Assembly: GCA_040776905.1 (NCBI GenBank)
Contig: JAXGZQ010000001.1
Coordinates: 1,372,400-1,436,399 of the forward strand
Length of the DNA: 64,000 nt
From: Clostridia bacterium
GTDB taxonomy: Bacteria > Bacillota > Clostridia > Saccharofermentanales > UBA5734
Direction: 5' to 3'
Made by a program: the position numbers and the translations under genes. This document shows, piece by piece, positions 1-9,345 of the stretch (position 1 is its first letter; each line of letters starts with the position of its first letter). Under the pieces are notes generated by a model. It worked only from the letters and a program-made list of their open reading frames with translations. It was not told where the DNA came from and searched no databases.

Positions 1-569
1 TGACCCGTGATACCGACAGCCGCAGTGTTACGGTTCTGCTCGAATCCATGAATCGCGACCAGGCGGAAGCCTACCTGCTGACGACCACGGCCGCCGGCTA
101 TGAATTGCTGGAAAAAACAGAAGGTGACGGCACGCTGATGGCCCAGCTCGGCAGCAGCACAGGCCAGATCAGCTTCCTTTATTTTCTTGATGATGAAGCC
201 TGCTCACTGACCTTTTTCACCCTGACAGACCCGGTCGCCACCCCGCCCGTTGATCCGGCCGCCGCCTGGCCGGAAACCTGGACCGGTCTGCCGGTCCTGC
301 AAGGCGAAATCAGCGAGATTCTGGTTTATGATGAACGGGATGCCATCGTCTATTTCAGTGAGGTCGACCCGGCAGTGGCGGACGACTATGTCCGGCAGCT
401 CAGTGAGCGCTTTGTCCTTGACATCGCGCAGCAGCGTGATGATCATTCCCTGTTCTTCACCGGAAGCGATCCGCAGGGCGTTTATCTGGAATTCTTCTGG
501 GCCGATGACAAGACGGCTTCTTTGAAGGTGGTTAAGCCGCTAGAGCCGGTTGAAACGACGGAAACATAA
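1..569 (+). CDS. hypothetical protein, 5' partial (frame open to window edge)
   Basis: The frame of the listed ORF 48..569 has no stop back to nt 3 (...TRDTDSRSVTVLLES-MNRDQAEAYL...). The CDS probably begins upstream of the window. No family recognised. Confidence 0.5.
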   Translation, partial: TRDTDSRSVTVLLESMNRDQAEAYLLTTTAAGYELLEKTEGDGTLMAQLGSSTGQISFLYFLDDEACSLTFFTLTDPVATPPVDPAAAWPETWTGLPVLQGEISEILVYDERDAIVYFSEVDPAVADDYVRQLSERFVLDIAQQRDDHSLFFTGSDPQGVYLEFFWADDKTASLKVVKPLEPVETTET

Positions 570-592
570 CCAGAGGTCCTGCCCCTGCGGCC

Positions 593-1321
593 TCAGACAT
601 AGGACGCCAGAGCAGCCGGATCCAACACATTGAAGACCTGACGATGATAATCGATCAGGTTTTCTTTTTTCATGTGCGACAGCTCGCGGGACAGGGCGCT
701 GCGGTCAACCGCTAGATAGTCAGCCAGCTGCTGCCGGTTATAAGGGAGAACAACTGTCCGGCGGCCCTGTTCCGCCACCTCGATCAACAGGACCGCGGCC
801 ACTTTCGCGCGGGTGCTCCGCCGGCTCATGATATCGAGCTTCTGGTTGAGCAGCAGATTTTTTCGCGAAAGCACCTGCATCATGCGTGTGATCAAAAGAA
901 GACGGCCGGGCCAGACGTGGTCCTGGTCTATGGCGACAAGCCGGCTGTAATCAAGCAGCAGCGCGGTGGCGGATTCAGTCACGCGGATATCGACCGGGCT
1001 TGCGCTGATTCCGGCACTGACCAGAGCCTCCGCGAACAACGACGGCGGTTGCAGCCGGGTCACGATGAAGACATTGCCCAGGCCGTCTTGCCGGGTCACC
1101 TCAATCGTTCCAGACAGCAGCAGCCCCATCCAGCCGACCGCATCACCGGTCCGCAAGATCATTTCATCCTGCCGGTATTCGCGAATTCGGGCACTGAGCG
1201 ACAGTAGTGCCTGATCCAGCACATGATCGTCCAGACCGGCAAAAAGCGGCGACTGCTGAATGGTATGACGCCAGGCGGCCCAGATCCATGTGCTGTCAGG
1301 TTGTATTTGCAACGTATCCAT
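593..1321 (-). CDS. Crp/Fnr family transcriptional regulator
   Basis: cNMP-binding-like N-domain (SPLFAGLDD, GDAVGWMGLLLSG) and C-terminal HTH (RQQLADYLAVDRSALSRELSHMKKENLI). Start trimmed to ATG 1321; 1327 and 1333 are also possible. The longer listed ORF runs into the divergent gene. Confidence 0.85.
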   Translation of the reverse strand: MDTLQIQPDSTWIWAAWRHTIQQSPLFAGLDDHVLDQALLSLSARIREYRQDEMILRTGDAVGWMGLLLSGTIEVTRQDGLGNVFIVTRLQPPSLFAEALVSAGISASPVDIRVTESATALLLDYSRLVAIDQDHVWPGRLLLITRMMQVLSRKNLLLNQKLDIMSRRSTRAKVAAVLLIEVAEQGRRTVVLPYNRQQLADYLAVDRSALSRELSHMKKENLIDYHRQVFNVLDPAALASYV

Positions 1322-1370
1322 GATCATAAGCATACTATAATGAGGCAGAGAAGAACAGAAAGGGTGGCCT

Positions 1371-2057
1371 ATGAAAAAATCAACTGTGAAAATTCTGCAG
1401 ATCGTCGTTGAAGTGATCATGCTGGCACTGTTTATCGTCTTGTTTATCAGCAAGCGGATTCAGCTGTGGATGATTCTTTTTGGCGGCAGTGTCCTGCTGA
1501 CGACCCTGTTCGGTCGATTCTATTGCGGCTGGATCTGCCCGATTCGTACCGTACAGAGGCCGCTGACCTGGCTGAAGAAGAAGCTTCATCTTCCATCCCG
1601 CCCCGGCCCTTCGTTCCTGCGCAGCACCGCCGTCCGCTGGGGAGTTCTGGCGGTCTTTGTCCTGCTGCTGATTATGGTCCAGGTCCGCGGCCGGCAATTG
1701 CCGGTTCTGCCCGCGCTGTTGGTGCTGGGTCTGCTGACCGCGCTCATTTTCTCCGAAAGCCTGTGGCATCGCTGGCTTTGCCCTTATGGCACCATTCTTT
1801 CACTCCCGGCCAGGCTCAGCCGACGTCATCTGACGATCCGGCAGGAAAAGTGTATCAGCTGTGGCCAATGCGTGAAAGTCTGTCCGGCCATGGCGGTTGA
1901 TGTGACCAGACCGACTGGATCGGAAGGGCAGAAAAATCAGAAAAAACGCACCTATCAGATCAGTCGGGCGAACTGCCTGCTCTGTCTGGATTGTCAGCGA
2001 GTCTGTCCGACTGATACAATCAAATATGATCCGCACCACAAGTCAGACAAGGCCTGA
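1371..2057 (+). CDS. membrane 4Fe-4S binding protein (NapH/MauN-like)
   Basis: N-terminal TM helices, CGWICP and WLCPYG motifs, and two ferredoxin motifs CISCGQCVKVCP and CLLCLDCQRVCP. Confidence 0.8.
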   Translation: MKKSTVKILQIVVEVIMLALFIVLFISKRIQLWMILFGGSVLLTTLFGRFYCGWICPIRTVQRPLTWLKKKLHLPSRPGPSFLRSTAVRWGVLAVFVLLLIMVQVRGRQLPVLPALLVLGLLTALIFSESLWHRWLCPYGTILSLPARLSRRHLTIRQEKCISCGQCVKVCPAMAVDVTRPTGSEGQKNQKKRTYQISRANCLLCLDCQRVCPTDTIKYDPHHKSDKA

Positions 2058-2088
2058 TCAGGCCGCAGACCATTGAAAGGACATCATC

Positions 2089-2418
2089 ATGCTGGAAAAA
2101 CCATATGCCTTCGCAGGCGGTGAAGAAAAAACAATCGAGCAGGTCATTGATCGGGATGAAGTCATGATCAACCACATGATCCTGCCCCGGGGCGCGGCGC
2201 TGCCGCAGCATAACGCGAATTCGAATGTGTTCATGACGGTTGTCAGGGGACAAGTTACTTTGCAGCTCGATGACCAGCCGCCGCATTGCTATGAAGCGGG
2301 GCAGATCATTGAGATTCCTTTCCGGACGCTGATGAATGTCTCCAATCAGGATGAAGCGGTTCTGGAACTGTTTGTGATCAAAGCCCCTGGCCCGCGCACC
2401 ATGAATAACCCCGTTTGA
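2089..2418 (+). CDS. cupin domain protein
   Basis: 109 aa with a small beta-barrel pattern (MINHMILPRGAALPQHNANSNVFMTVVRGQVTLQ). RBS gaaagga lies upstream of the ATG. Confidence 0.6.
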   Translation: MLEKPYAFAGGEEKTIEQVIDRDEVMINHMILPRGAALPQHNANSNVFMTVVRGQVTLQLDDQPPHCYEAGQIIEIPFRTLMNVSNQDEAVLELFVIKAPGPRTMNNPV

Positions 2419-2448
2419 GTCAGGCGCACGGCTGAGCGAAACCCTGAA

Positions 2449-3948
2449 TCAGGACGGTTGCTTCAGGGGCAGCGCCTCAAGCATCTGCCTGGCAGCCGCT
2501 TGCCGTTCCGGGTCCTTGATCAGGGTCAGCGCCTGCTTGAGAACCGCGGCGACATGAGCGACTTCAAGATTGCGGTAGAAGACCGATCCCCAGCTTGGCG
2601 ATTCATCGCCGGCCGCGGCTTTCGGCAGGGCATGCTCCCAGAAATAGATGGTTTCCTGTGGCTGCAGCTTCAGTTGGAGATCCGGATCCAGTACGACCTG
2701 CCCGTTACTGTCTGAAGGGTCATTCATAATTTTTCCGATCGCGAAAACGCGGCGTCTGTCTTCTCCCGCTCCCGGCTCAATCGTTGTCATCAACACAAGA
2801 CTGCCCTTGCGCTGGCCGGCGATTCTCCGGCCGGGTGAATCGTTGGCGCCATCCTCCGGCCGGCCGAACTGCCAGTCACGCAGCAGATGGCTTTCCAGAC
2901 AGGGGTAGTCTTCCGCCTCCATTCGCCCGGTGGTCCATTGGCGGCATTGATTTTCACGGCTGGCACACCAGACCACATCACCGTGCTGGACATGCAGCCG
3001 GTAGAGCGAGTCGCTGCATAGTCCGCAAAAACCCGGGTCGGTTTCTGTGCGGCCGCCATCGCAGTCCGCGACACGGATGGCCAGATGCCGCTGATCCGGC
3101 TGGCGGCTGGTGCGGCGGCGGCCTCTGGCACCGGCACGTGGACGATCACCTGAATGATGTTCACTCGTCTTCGCCTGATGGAGCGCGGCCAGAGTTTCAG
3201 GCCGCTCATGACCGGGCTGGCCGATGATATCAAGACCGGCGCGCTTAAATGACGCGTCGTCCAGCCGGGCGCAGATCGAGCGGCTGATATACCAGGTACC
3301 GCAATGGGAACAATAGCGCAGCGGCAGCCTGACGACACCATTTGGTTTCGCGGTTCTGCCCTGGTAATAGGTCAGGTAGCCGACCCGGCTCAGCAGCTGG
3401 TACTGATCAGCAGGACAGGCGCTTCCGTCCGTATCTGCCAGATATTGGACACTGTCGATCCGTGAGTCTGGCGGAATCTTCTGGTCATCATCGAGCCATT
3501 CCGGCTCGATCTGACGGCGTTTGTGCTGCTGAGACTGGATATCATGCAGCAGCCGGGCTGATTTTTCATGATGATCCCTGGCCGCTGATTTCAGATAATA
3601 GATGGCCAGACGGATATTCTGCGGTAAACCCCGGCCCTGAAGCAGGCACAAGGCCATCGCGTAGCGGGCGTCAGACAGCCCTCCGGCGGCCGCTTTCTCA
3701 AAGAACGCAACCGCTTTGGCCAGATCGCGATGGCATTCAAGCCCCCGGTAATATCGGATACCAATTTCATAGCAGGCGTTCAGATCACCCGCGTCCGCTC
3801 GTTCCTGCAGGCGATTGAATCGGGCCGCCTGCTCAGATAACCGTTTCGCTTCCTGTTCTGTTTCATACAGAGGCAGTTTCTGCAGACAATAAGGGCAGAA
3901 TTGATCCGGATCAGTTATCAATTCACGAAAACAATACGGACAGATCAT
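2449..3948 (-). CDS. zinc-ribbon / Sel1-repeat protein with Cys-rich C-terminal region of unknown function
   Basis: Start reset to ATG 3948, 7 nt after GGAGGA. N-terminus has CPYCF...CPYC. Sel1-like repeats are GDLNACYEIGIRYYRGLECHRDLAKAVAFFEKAA and GLSDARYAMALCLLQGRGLPQNIRLAIYYLKSAA. The remaining ~330 aa are unrecognised. Confidence 0.6.
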   Translation of the reverse strand: MICPYCFRELITDPDQFCPYCLQKLPLYETEQEAKRLSEQAARFNRLQERADAGDLNACYEIGIRYYRGLECHRDLAKAVAFFEKAAAGGLSDARYAMALCLLQGRGLPQNIRLAIYYLKSAARDHHEKSARLLHDIQSQQHKRRQIEPEWLDDDQKIPPDSRIDSVQYLADTDGSACPADQYQLLSRVGYLTYYQGRTAKPNGVVRLPLRYCSHCGTWYISRSICARLDDASFKRAGLDIIGQPGHERPETLAALHQAKTSEHHSGDRPRAGARGRRRTSRQPDQRHLAIRVADCDGGRTETDPGFCGLCSDSLYRLHVQHGDVVWCASRENQCRQWTTGRMEAEDYPCLESHLLRDWQFGRPEDGANDSPGRRIAGQRKGSLVLMTTIEPGAGEDRRRVFAIGKIMNDPSDSNGQVVLDPDLQLKLQPQETIYFWEHALPKAAAGDESPSWGSVFYRNLEVAHVAAVLKQALTLIKDPERQAAARQMLEALPLKQPS

Positions 3949-4158
3949 GTGATTTCCTCCGATCAATGGCTTCTGCGGCACGGAACAATACGATGATACT
4001 TATATTCTACCACTATGCCGGCGAAACGGCAGTTGGCGGGGCAACTCGGGTTTGCCTGTTCCTGTGACTGTTGATAAGATAAGGACAGATATAGGCGCGG
4101 CGGCATCAGACCGCGAATCAATGTGGCTGCCGACAGGGCGGCCGGAGAGAGGTTCATC

Positions 4159-4902
4159 ATGGCCAGCATCAATGTAACGATCTACAATGAGTATTTCCAT
4201 GAGCAGGAAAGTCCGGACATCGCGGCTGTCTACCCGGACGGCATTCACCAGGCACTGGCTGAGTGCCTGCAGTCGGAACCCGATATCGGTGAGCTGACAA
4301 CCGCGACGCTGGAGAACCACCGGGATGTTCTGACCCAGGCCTGTCTCGACCAGACCGATGTCCTGATCTGGTGGGGACATGTCAAACATGAAGAGGTTGA
4401 TCAGGACGTGGTGGATCGTGTCTGCCAACGTGTTTACAACGGCATGGGCCTGATCGTCCTGCATTCAGCGCATGCCTCAAAAGTCTTCCGCCAGCTGATG
4501 GGGACACCGACACAGCTGCTGCGCTGGCGTGAAGCGGATGAACGCTGCCGTATCTGGACCATTGCCCAGGGTCATCCGATCACCCAGGGACTGGGCGAAT
4601 CGTTTGTCGTGCCGGAAGAAGAGACCTATGGCGAGCAGTTCGGAATTCCCCAGCCCGATGAACTGATCTTCATCAGCTGGTTTTCCGGCGGCGATATCTT
4701 CCGTAGCGGCTGCACCTGGCGGCGCGGAGCCGGCAAGGTCTTCTACTTCCAGAACGGACATGAATCGTACCCGATTTACTATCAGCCGGAGGTCCGGCAG
4801 GTCATCCGCAACGCCGTCCGCTGGGCCTGTCCGCCGCAGCGCCAGATCAGCTATGATCTGGGCGGGCCAAATACACCGGCCCTTGAGCCGCCCAAAGCAT
4901 GA
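4159..4902 (+). CDS. ThuA domain-containing protein (trehalose-utilisation-like)
   Basis: Motifs VLIWWGHVKHEEV and GLIVLHSAHASKVF. RBS ggagagagg lies before ATG 4159. Confidence 0.8.
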   Translation: MASINVTIYNEYFHEQESPDIAAVYPDGIHQALAECLQSEPDIGELTTATLENHRDVLTQACLDQTDVLIWWGHVKHEEVDQDVVDRVCQRVYNGMGLIVLHSAHASKVFRQLMGTPTQLLRWREADERCRIWTIAQGHPITQGLGESFVVPEEETYGEQFGIPQPDELIFISWFSGGDIFRSGCTWRRGAGKVFYFQNGHESYPIYYQPEVRQVIRNAVRWACPPQRQISYDLGGPNTPALEPPKA

Positions 4903-5753
4903 TCAATATCTACGGTTTCGCGGGTGACCGCCTGCCGGACAACAGCGCGGCCGACGACAATCACTGGCTCCATGTTTCCGGCTGCGGGTTTCAGAAATTC
5001 CTCTCGCACAGCCATGTGGTCTCACGACCACATGGCCGGACGGATTTCCAGCTGATTTTCATCACCCGCGGGCGTGGATATTTTGATTTCCAAGATTCCC
5101 GGAGGACGATTGATGGCGGCTCTGTGGTCCTTTTCTGGCCCAACCAGCCCCAGCAATACCATTATCTGTGTGAAGACCACAGTGAGTTGTACTGGCTTCA
5201 TTTTTCCGGCCGGACCATTTACGAGATGCTGGCTGGTTTCAATCAAAGTCAGCCTCTTGTGCTGACCGTTGGTCTCCGGGAGTCCTGGATCCTGTTGTTT
5301 GACCAGATGATTCATGAACTGCAAATGAAACGGCCGGCATTTTCTGATCAGGTCAATGCCTGCTTTTTACAGCTGATGGCTGACTTGAAACGCAGCCAGA
5401 CGCAATATCAGCTGAAGAGCTGCGGACATGAGAATGAGGAGATCGATCAGATCATTCAGATCATGCACCGCCAGTATCAGCGGCCGTGGACACTGGCACA
5501 ATTAGCACGGAAGGCAAACTTGAGTGTTTTTCATTTCGCTCATAAATTCAAACTGTGTACAGGCCTGACCCCTTTACAGTATCTGACCCGGATCCGCATC
5601 CATACCGCGATGGATCTTCTGGCGAGTACATTATCGTCAGTCAAAGAGATCGCCCATCTGGCGGGCTTTGCCAACCCGCTGTATTTCAGTCGGGTTTTTC
5701 GCCGCGAAACCGGCAAGTCACCCAGTGGCTATCGACGGGAAATTCGAGGCTGA
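4899..5753 (+). CDS. AraC family transcriptional regulator
   Basis: C-terminal double HTH (WTLAQLARKANLSVFHFAHKFK ... GFANPLYFSRVFRRETGKSPSGYR). ATGA overlap with the upstream gene. Confidence 0.9.
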   Translation: MINIYGFAGDRLPDNSAADDNHWLHVSGCGFQKFLSHSHVVSRPHGRTDFQLIFITRGRGYFDFQDSRRTIDGGSVVLFWPNQPQQYHYLCEDHSELYWLHFSGRTIYEMLAGFNQSQPLVLTVGLRESWILLFDQMIHELQMKRPAFSDQVNACFLQLMADLKRSQTQYQLKSCGHENEEIDQIIQIMHRQYQRPWTLAQLARKANLSVFHFAHKFKLCTGLTPLQYLTRIRIHTAMDLLASTLSSVKEIAHLAGFANPLYFSRVFRRETGKSPSGYRREIRG

Positions 5754-5957
5754 AGGGAATCAAACGGCCAGCCGCGATGGAAACGACGGCACAGCGGCAG
5801 ACAGCAAGATCGTATATGCCATCAGCAAGAAATTATATTTACTGAACCATAACCCCACAAGATAATGAATATGGATTGATTTGCGTTTGCCGGAACCCAC
5901 AGCCGGTCGACGAGATTCAGGTCATGTGTATTCAGTAAAATACAAGGGAGGATTTAC

Positions 5958-6794
5958 ATGGGAACTTTATGCCAATCAGCTGAACTGATGCAGGACGCCC
6001 GCCGCAGAGGCTATGCGGTGCCGGCCTATGATACGTTCAACTATGAGACGACCCGTATGGTGTTCAACGCGGCTGAAGCGGCCAGAACCCCGGTGATCAT
6101 CATGTATTACGCCGACTACTATATGCCGATGCAGACCTTTGCCGATATGGTTAAGGACCTCGGGCGCCGCTCAGCGGTGCCGTTCGCGCTGCATCTGGAT
6201 CACAGTCCCGATTTTGATACCTGCCTGCAGGCAATCAAGGCCGGTTTCACTTCGGTCATGATCGATGCCTCAAAACTCCCGTTTGAAGACAATATCAAAG
6301 CGACACGTGAAGTCGTACGGGCCGCGCACGCGATGGGAATCGATGTTGAAGGTGAGCTCGGCATGGTCGGCCGCGAAGAAGCGGTCAACCGTGGTCTGTT
6401 CACCCAGCCGGAAGAAGCGGCCCGGTTTGTTGAGGCGACCGGTATTGATACGCTGGCGGTTGCCATCGGCAACAGCCACGGTGTCTATATTGACGAGCCG
6501 GAGCTGGATATCCCGCTGCTTCAGTCGATTCATGAAGCGACAGACGCTCCCCTGGTGCTGCATGGAACCTCAATGATCCCGGTCGATCAGCTCAAAGAAG
6601 CCGTCCGGCACGGCATCACGAAAACCAATATCGCGACGGAATACCTGATGGAATACGCGAATGTGATGGTGAATCTGTGCCAGGACAAACCGCGCACGAT
6701 CATGCAGCTGCTGCATGGTGCCCATCAGCCGGTCACCGATTTCATCGCCGCCAAGATGGCGATCCTCAATCCTGATCAGATCGCGATTTTCTGA
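5958..6794 (+). CDS. class II ketose-bisphosphate aldolase (fructose/tagatose-bisphosphate aldolase family)
   Basis: Motifs LHLDHS, AIGNSHG and VLHGTS. RBS gggagg. Confidence 0.85.
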   Translation: MGTLCQSAELMQDARRRGYAVPAYDTFNYETTRMVFNAAEAARTPVIIMYYADYYMPMQTFADMVKDLGRRSAVPFALHLDHSPDFDTCLQAIKAGFTSVMIDASKLPFEDNIKATREVVRAAHAMGIDVEGELGMVGREEAVNRGLFTQPEEAARFVEATGIDTLAVAIGNSHGVYIDEPELDIPLLQSIHEATDAPLVLHGTSMIPVDQLKEAVRHGITKTNIATEYLMEYANVMVNLCQDKPRTIMQLLHGAHQPVTDFIAAKMAILNPDQIAIF

Positions 6795-6827
6795 CACAAC
6801 AACATGACGAAAGGCAGGACATCCGCT

Positions 6828-7826
6828 ATGCCCCGCGCAATCGCTTTATGTACCCCCGTCAGTGACTATCTTGTTCACATCGATAAAATGCCCCGGCCCG
6901 GGCAGAATGCCCGGATGATCGATGATTCCTGGCAGTTTGGTGGCAACGCGGCCACCGCGATTGTCACCGCTGCCCGGCAGGGCCTGTCCGCCGGCATCAT
7001 CGGCGCCGTCGGTGATGATACCAACGGCCGGGCCCAGCGGATTGATTTTCAGCGACATCAAGTTGAAACCTGTGGCCTGATCGTCCGGCCGGGCATGGCG
7101 ACCCCGTATGTCATCAGCCTGTCCGACGACGCGACGCACAGCCGTTCTTTTCTCGGAGCGCGGCGGCCTTTTGAGCCGATCCGGCCGGAAGAGATTGATC
7201 TGAATTACCTGAAAACCGCGCAGTACCTTCTGCTGGACAGTCCGACTGAAGCCTCCCGCATGGCCGCGGCGCTCATTCGCGGGCAGGGCGGTGAGGTCAT
7301 GTTTGACGCGTCGATGCATTCACCGCAGCAGGAATCGATGCTCGAATACGCGACGATCTATATCACATCGGAGTACTACTGGGAAACCCGCTATCAGCGG
7401 ACCGATGTCTTCGAATGCTGTCGCGACATGATGGCACATGGTCCGCATACGGTCATCTTCACCCTGGGTGAGCAGGGCTGTGCCGGGATCGGGCCGGATG
7501 GACCCTTTCAGCTGCCGGCGTTTCCTGTTGATCGGGTGATCGATACCACCGGATGCGGTGATACATTCCATGGTGCTTATATTGTCGGGATGGAGCGTGG
7601 ACTGTCCCCGGTCGAATGTGCCCGCTGGGCCAGTGCTTCATCCGCGATCAAATGCACCGCGATCGGCGGCCGGGCTGCTCAGCCGACTGCCGCAGAGGTT
7701 GAGGCTTTTCTGGCCACCGGCCGGATTGAGCTCAAAGATCTGCCGGAGCGTCTCGCCTATTACCGGCAGCTGCACAGTGAAGAACAAGAACCAGACAGCA
7801 GCGGCCTTGACAGCAGTACTTGCTGA
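6828..7826 (+). CDS. PfkB family carbohydrate kinase
   Basis: Motifs GGNAATAIV and DTTGCGDTFHGAY. ATG 6828 is preferred over 6804 because it has an RBS (aggcagga). Confidence 0.85.
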   Translation: MPRAIALCTPVSDYLVHIDKMPRPGQNARMIDDSWQFGGNAATAIVTAARQGLSAGIIGAVGDDTNGRAQRIDFQRHQVETCGLIVRPGMATPYVISLSDDATHSRSFLGARRPFEPIRPEEIDLNYLKTAQYLLLDSPTEASRMAAALIRGQGGEVMFDASMHSPQQESMLEYATIYITSEYYWETRYQRTDVFECCRDMMAHGPHTVIFTLGEQGCAGIGPDGPFQLPAFPVDRVIDTTGCGDTFHGAYIVGMERGLSPVECARWASASSAIKCTAIGGRAAQPTAAEVEAFLATGRIELKDLPERLAYYRQLHSEEQEPDSSGLDSSTC

Positions 7827-7851
7827 GCCGCCTCAGAAAGGAAGGTTTTAT

Positions 7852-9231
7852 ATGTACGATTATCGTAAAATCACCGTCGGTATTGCCCCGACACGACGTG
7901 ATTTTTTCCCATCGCCGGTCAATGCCCGGGCGAACAAAGGCCCGATCATGGCCCGGCTGCGGGAATTACTGGAACAGATGGGCGATGTTGAGATAGTCGA
8001 TATCGATTCGATCAATGAGGAAGGACTGCTGGTCGAAACCAGTGATGTTCCGGCGGTTGTCCGTCTGTTCCGCGAACGCGGTGTCGATGCGCTGATTCTG
8101 CCTCATACCAATTTCGGACAGGAAGAACCGATCGGCAAACTGGCGAAAGCCCTTGGGGTGCCGACCCTGCTCTGGGGTCCGCGGGATGAACGCCCACCGG
8201 CTGACGCGCCTCATCGCCAGGCCGACATTCAATGTGGCTTGTTTGCCTCAAGCCGGGCTTTGCAGCGCTATGGCGTTCCCTTCACTTATATTGAAAATTG
8301 CCATCTGGACGCGCCGGTACTGGCCGAAGAGCTGGACCGGTTCATCCGCGCCGCCTCAGTCGTCAAGGCCTTCCGCAGCCTGCGTGTACTCCAGCTGTCG
8401 ACCCGGCCGCGCCAGTTTCTCAGCGTCAAGGTCAATGAGAGTGAACTGATGGAAAAATTCGGCATCGAGGTGATCCCAGTCGAATCCGCGGAGATCATTC
8501 GTCAGGTCAAACAGGTCCTTGAGAACGATCCGGCACGCATTGATCAGCTATTGGAGGAGTGGCGCCAAACCTTCCGCTTTGAGCAGATGAAGGATGAGGC
8601 GATCCGCAATATGGCCGCGCTGGAGCTGGCGATTGTTGATCTGGCCGCCAAGTATGAGTGCGGTGTGGTGTCCGGCGAATGCTGGCAGCTGTTCCAGGCT
8701 AATTTCGGCATCCGTCCCTGCTTTGTCTGGGGCGACCTGGGCGACCGCGGGCTGCCGACGGCCTGTGAGAACGATATCCACGGCGCGATCTCCCAGGCGC
8801 TGATGCTGGCCGCGACCCGCGGACGCACCATGCCTTTCCTGGCCGATCTGACCATCCGCCATCCGGATAATGATAACGCGGAGCTGCTCTGGCACTGCGG
8901 TCCGTTCCCTTCATCACTGGCGAAAGAAGGGGCCGATAAAGCGATTATCGGCTGTCATGGCGCCTGGGAAATCAAGGGCGGCGACATCACGCTCTGTCGA
9001 TTTGACGCGGCGAACGGACAGTATATGCTGTTTGCGGATGAATGCCGCGGAACCGACGGTCCGCCGACCGATGGCAATTATGTCTGGGTCGAGACGGATG
9101 ACTGGGTCCGCTGGGAAAAGAAACTGATCTATGGGCCCTATATCCACCATATCATCGGTGCCCATGGCCACTATCGCGGGGTATTCGAAGAGGCGTGCCG
9201 CTATATGGACGTGACGCACGACCATCCCTGA
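7852..9231 (+). CDS. L-fucose/L-arabinose isomerase family protein
   Basis: MYDYRKITVGIAPTRRDFF... fits the isomerase-family architecture. Start reset to ATG 7852 (RBS gaaaggaagg). The listed 7558 start lies inside the kinase gene. Confidence 0.75.
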   Translation: MYDYRKITVGIAPTRRDFFPSPVNARANKGPIMARLRELLEQMGDVEIVDIDSINEEGLLVETSDVPAVVRLFRERGVDALILPHTNFGQEEPIGKLAKALGVPTLLWGPRDERPPADAPHRQADIQCGLFASSRALQRYGVPFTYIENCHLDAPVLAEELDRFIRAASVVKAFRSLRVLQLSTRPRQFLSVKVNESELMEKFGIEVIPVESAEIIRQVKQVLENDPARIDQLLEEWRQTFRFEQMKDEAIRNMAALELAIVDLAAKYECGVVSGECWQLFQANFGIRPCFVWGDLGDRGLPTACENDIHGAISQALMLAATRGRTMPFLADLTIRHPDNDNAELLWHCGPFPSSLAKEGADKAIIGCHGAWEIKGGDITLCRFDAANGQYMLFADECRGTDGPPTDGNYVWVETDDWVRWEKKLIYGPYIHHIIGAHGHYRGVFEEACRYMDVTHDHP

Positions 9232-9277
9232 GCGTATCGTCAGTCCCTGAAAGCCCATGATCATCAGGATGTAACAC

Positions 9278-9317
9278 AAACCCCCTGCCGGCACGTCAGC
9301 CGGCAGGGGGTTTTGTT
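9278..9317 (+). terminator. rho-independent terminator between convergent genes
   Basis: CCCCCTGCCGG / CCGGCAGGGGG 11-bp stem followed by TTTTGTTT. Confidence 0.8.
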
Positions 9318-9345
9318 TGTGAAGCTGTCAGGTCTGCCGCTCCTT

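Noticed and set aside
2051-2064. Perfect palindromes GGCCTGATCAGGCC (2051-2064) and CCTGACGTCAGG (41214-41225) as terminators.
   Set aside because: They have no loop and no following T-tract. More likely these are chance palindromes or restriction-type or protein-binding sites. There is not enough evidence for a call.
7558-7851. N-terminal extensions of listed ORFs: isomerase from 7558, AKR from 13436, murT from 35946, nrdJ from 34018, permease from the TTG at 19088, and others.
   Set aside because: The extensions overlap neighbouring genes or intergenic DNA, have no RBS, and translate to low-complexity sequence. Internal ATGs preceded by GGAGG-like sites give N-termini typical of the families.
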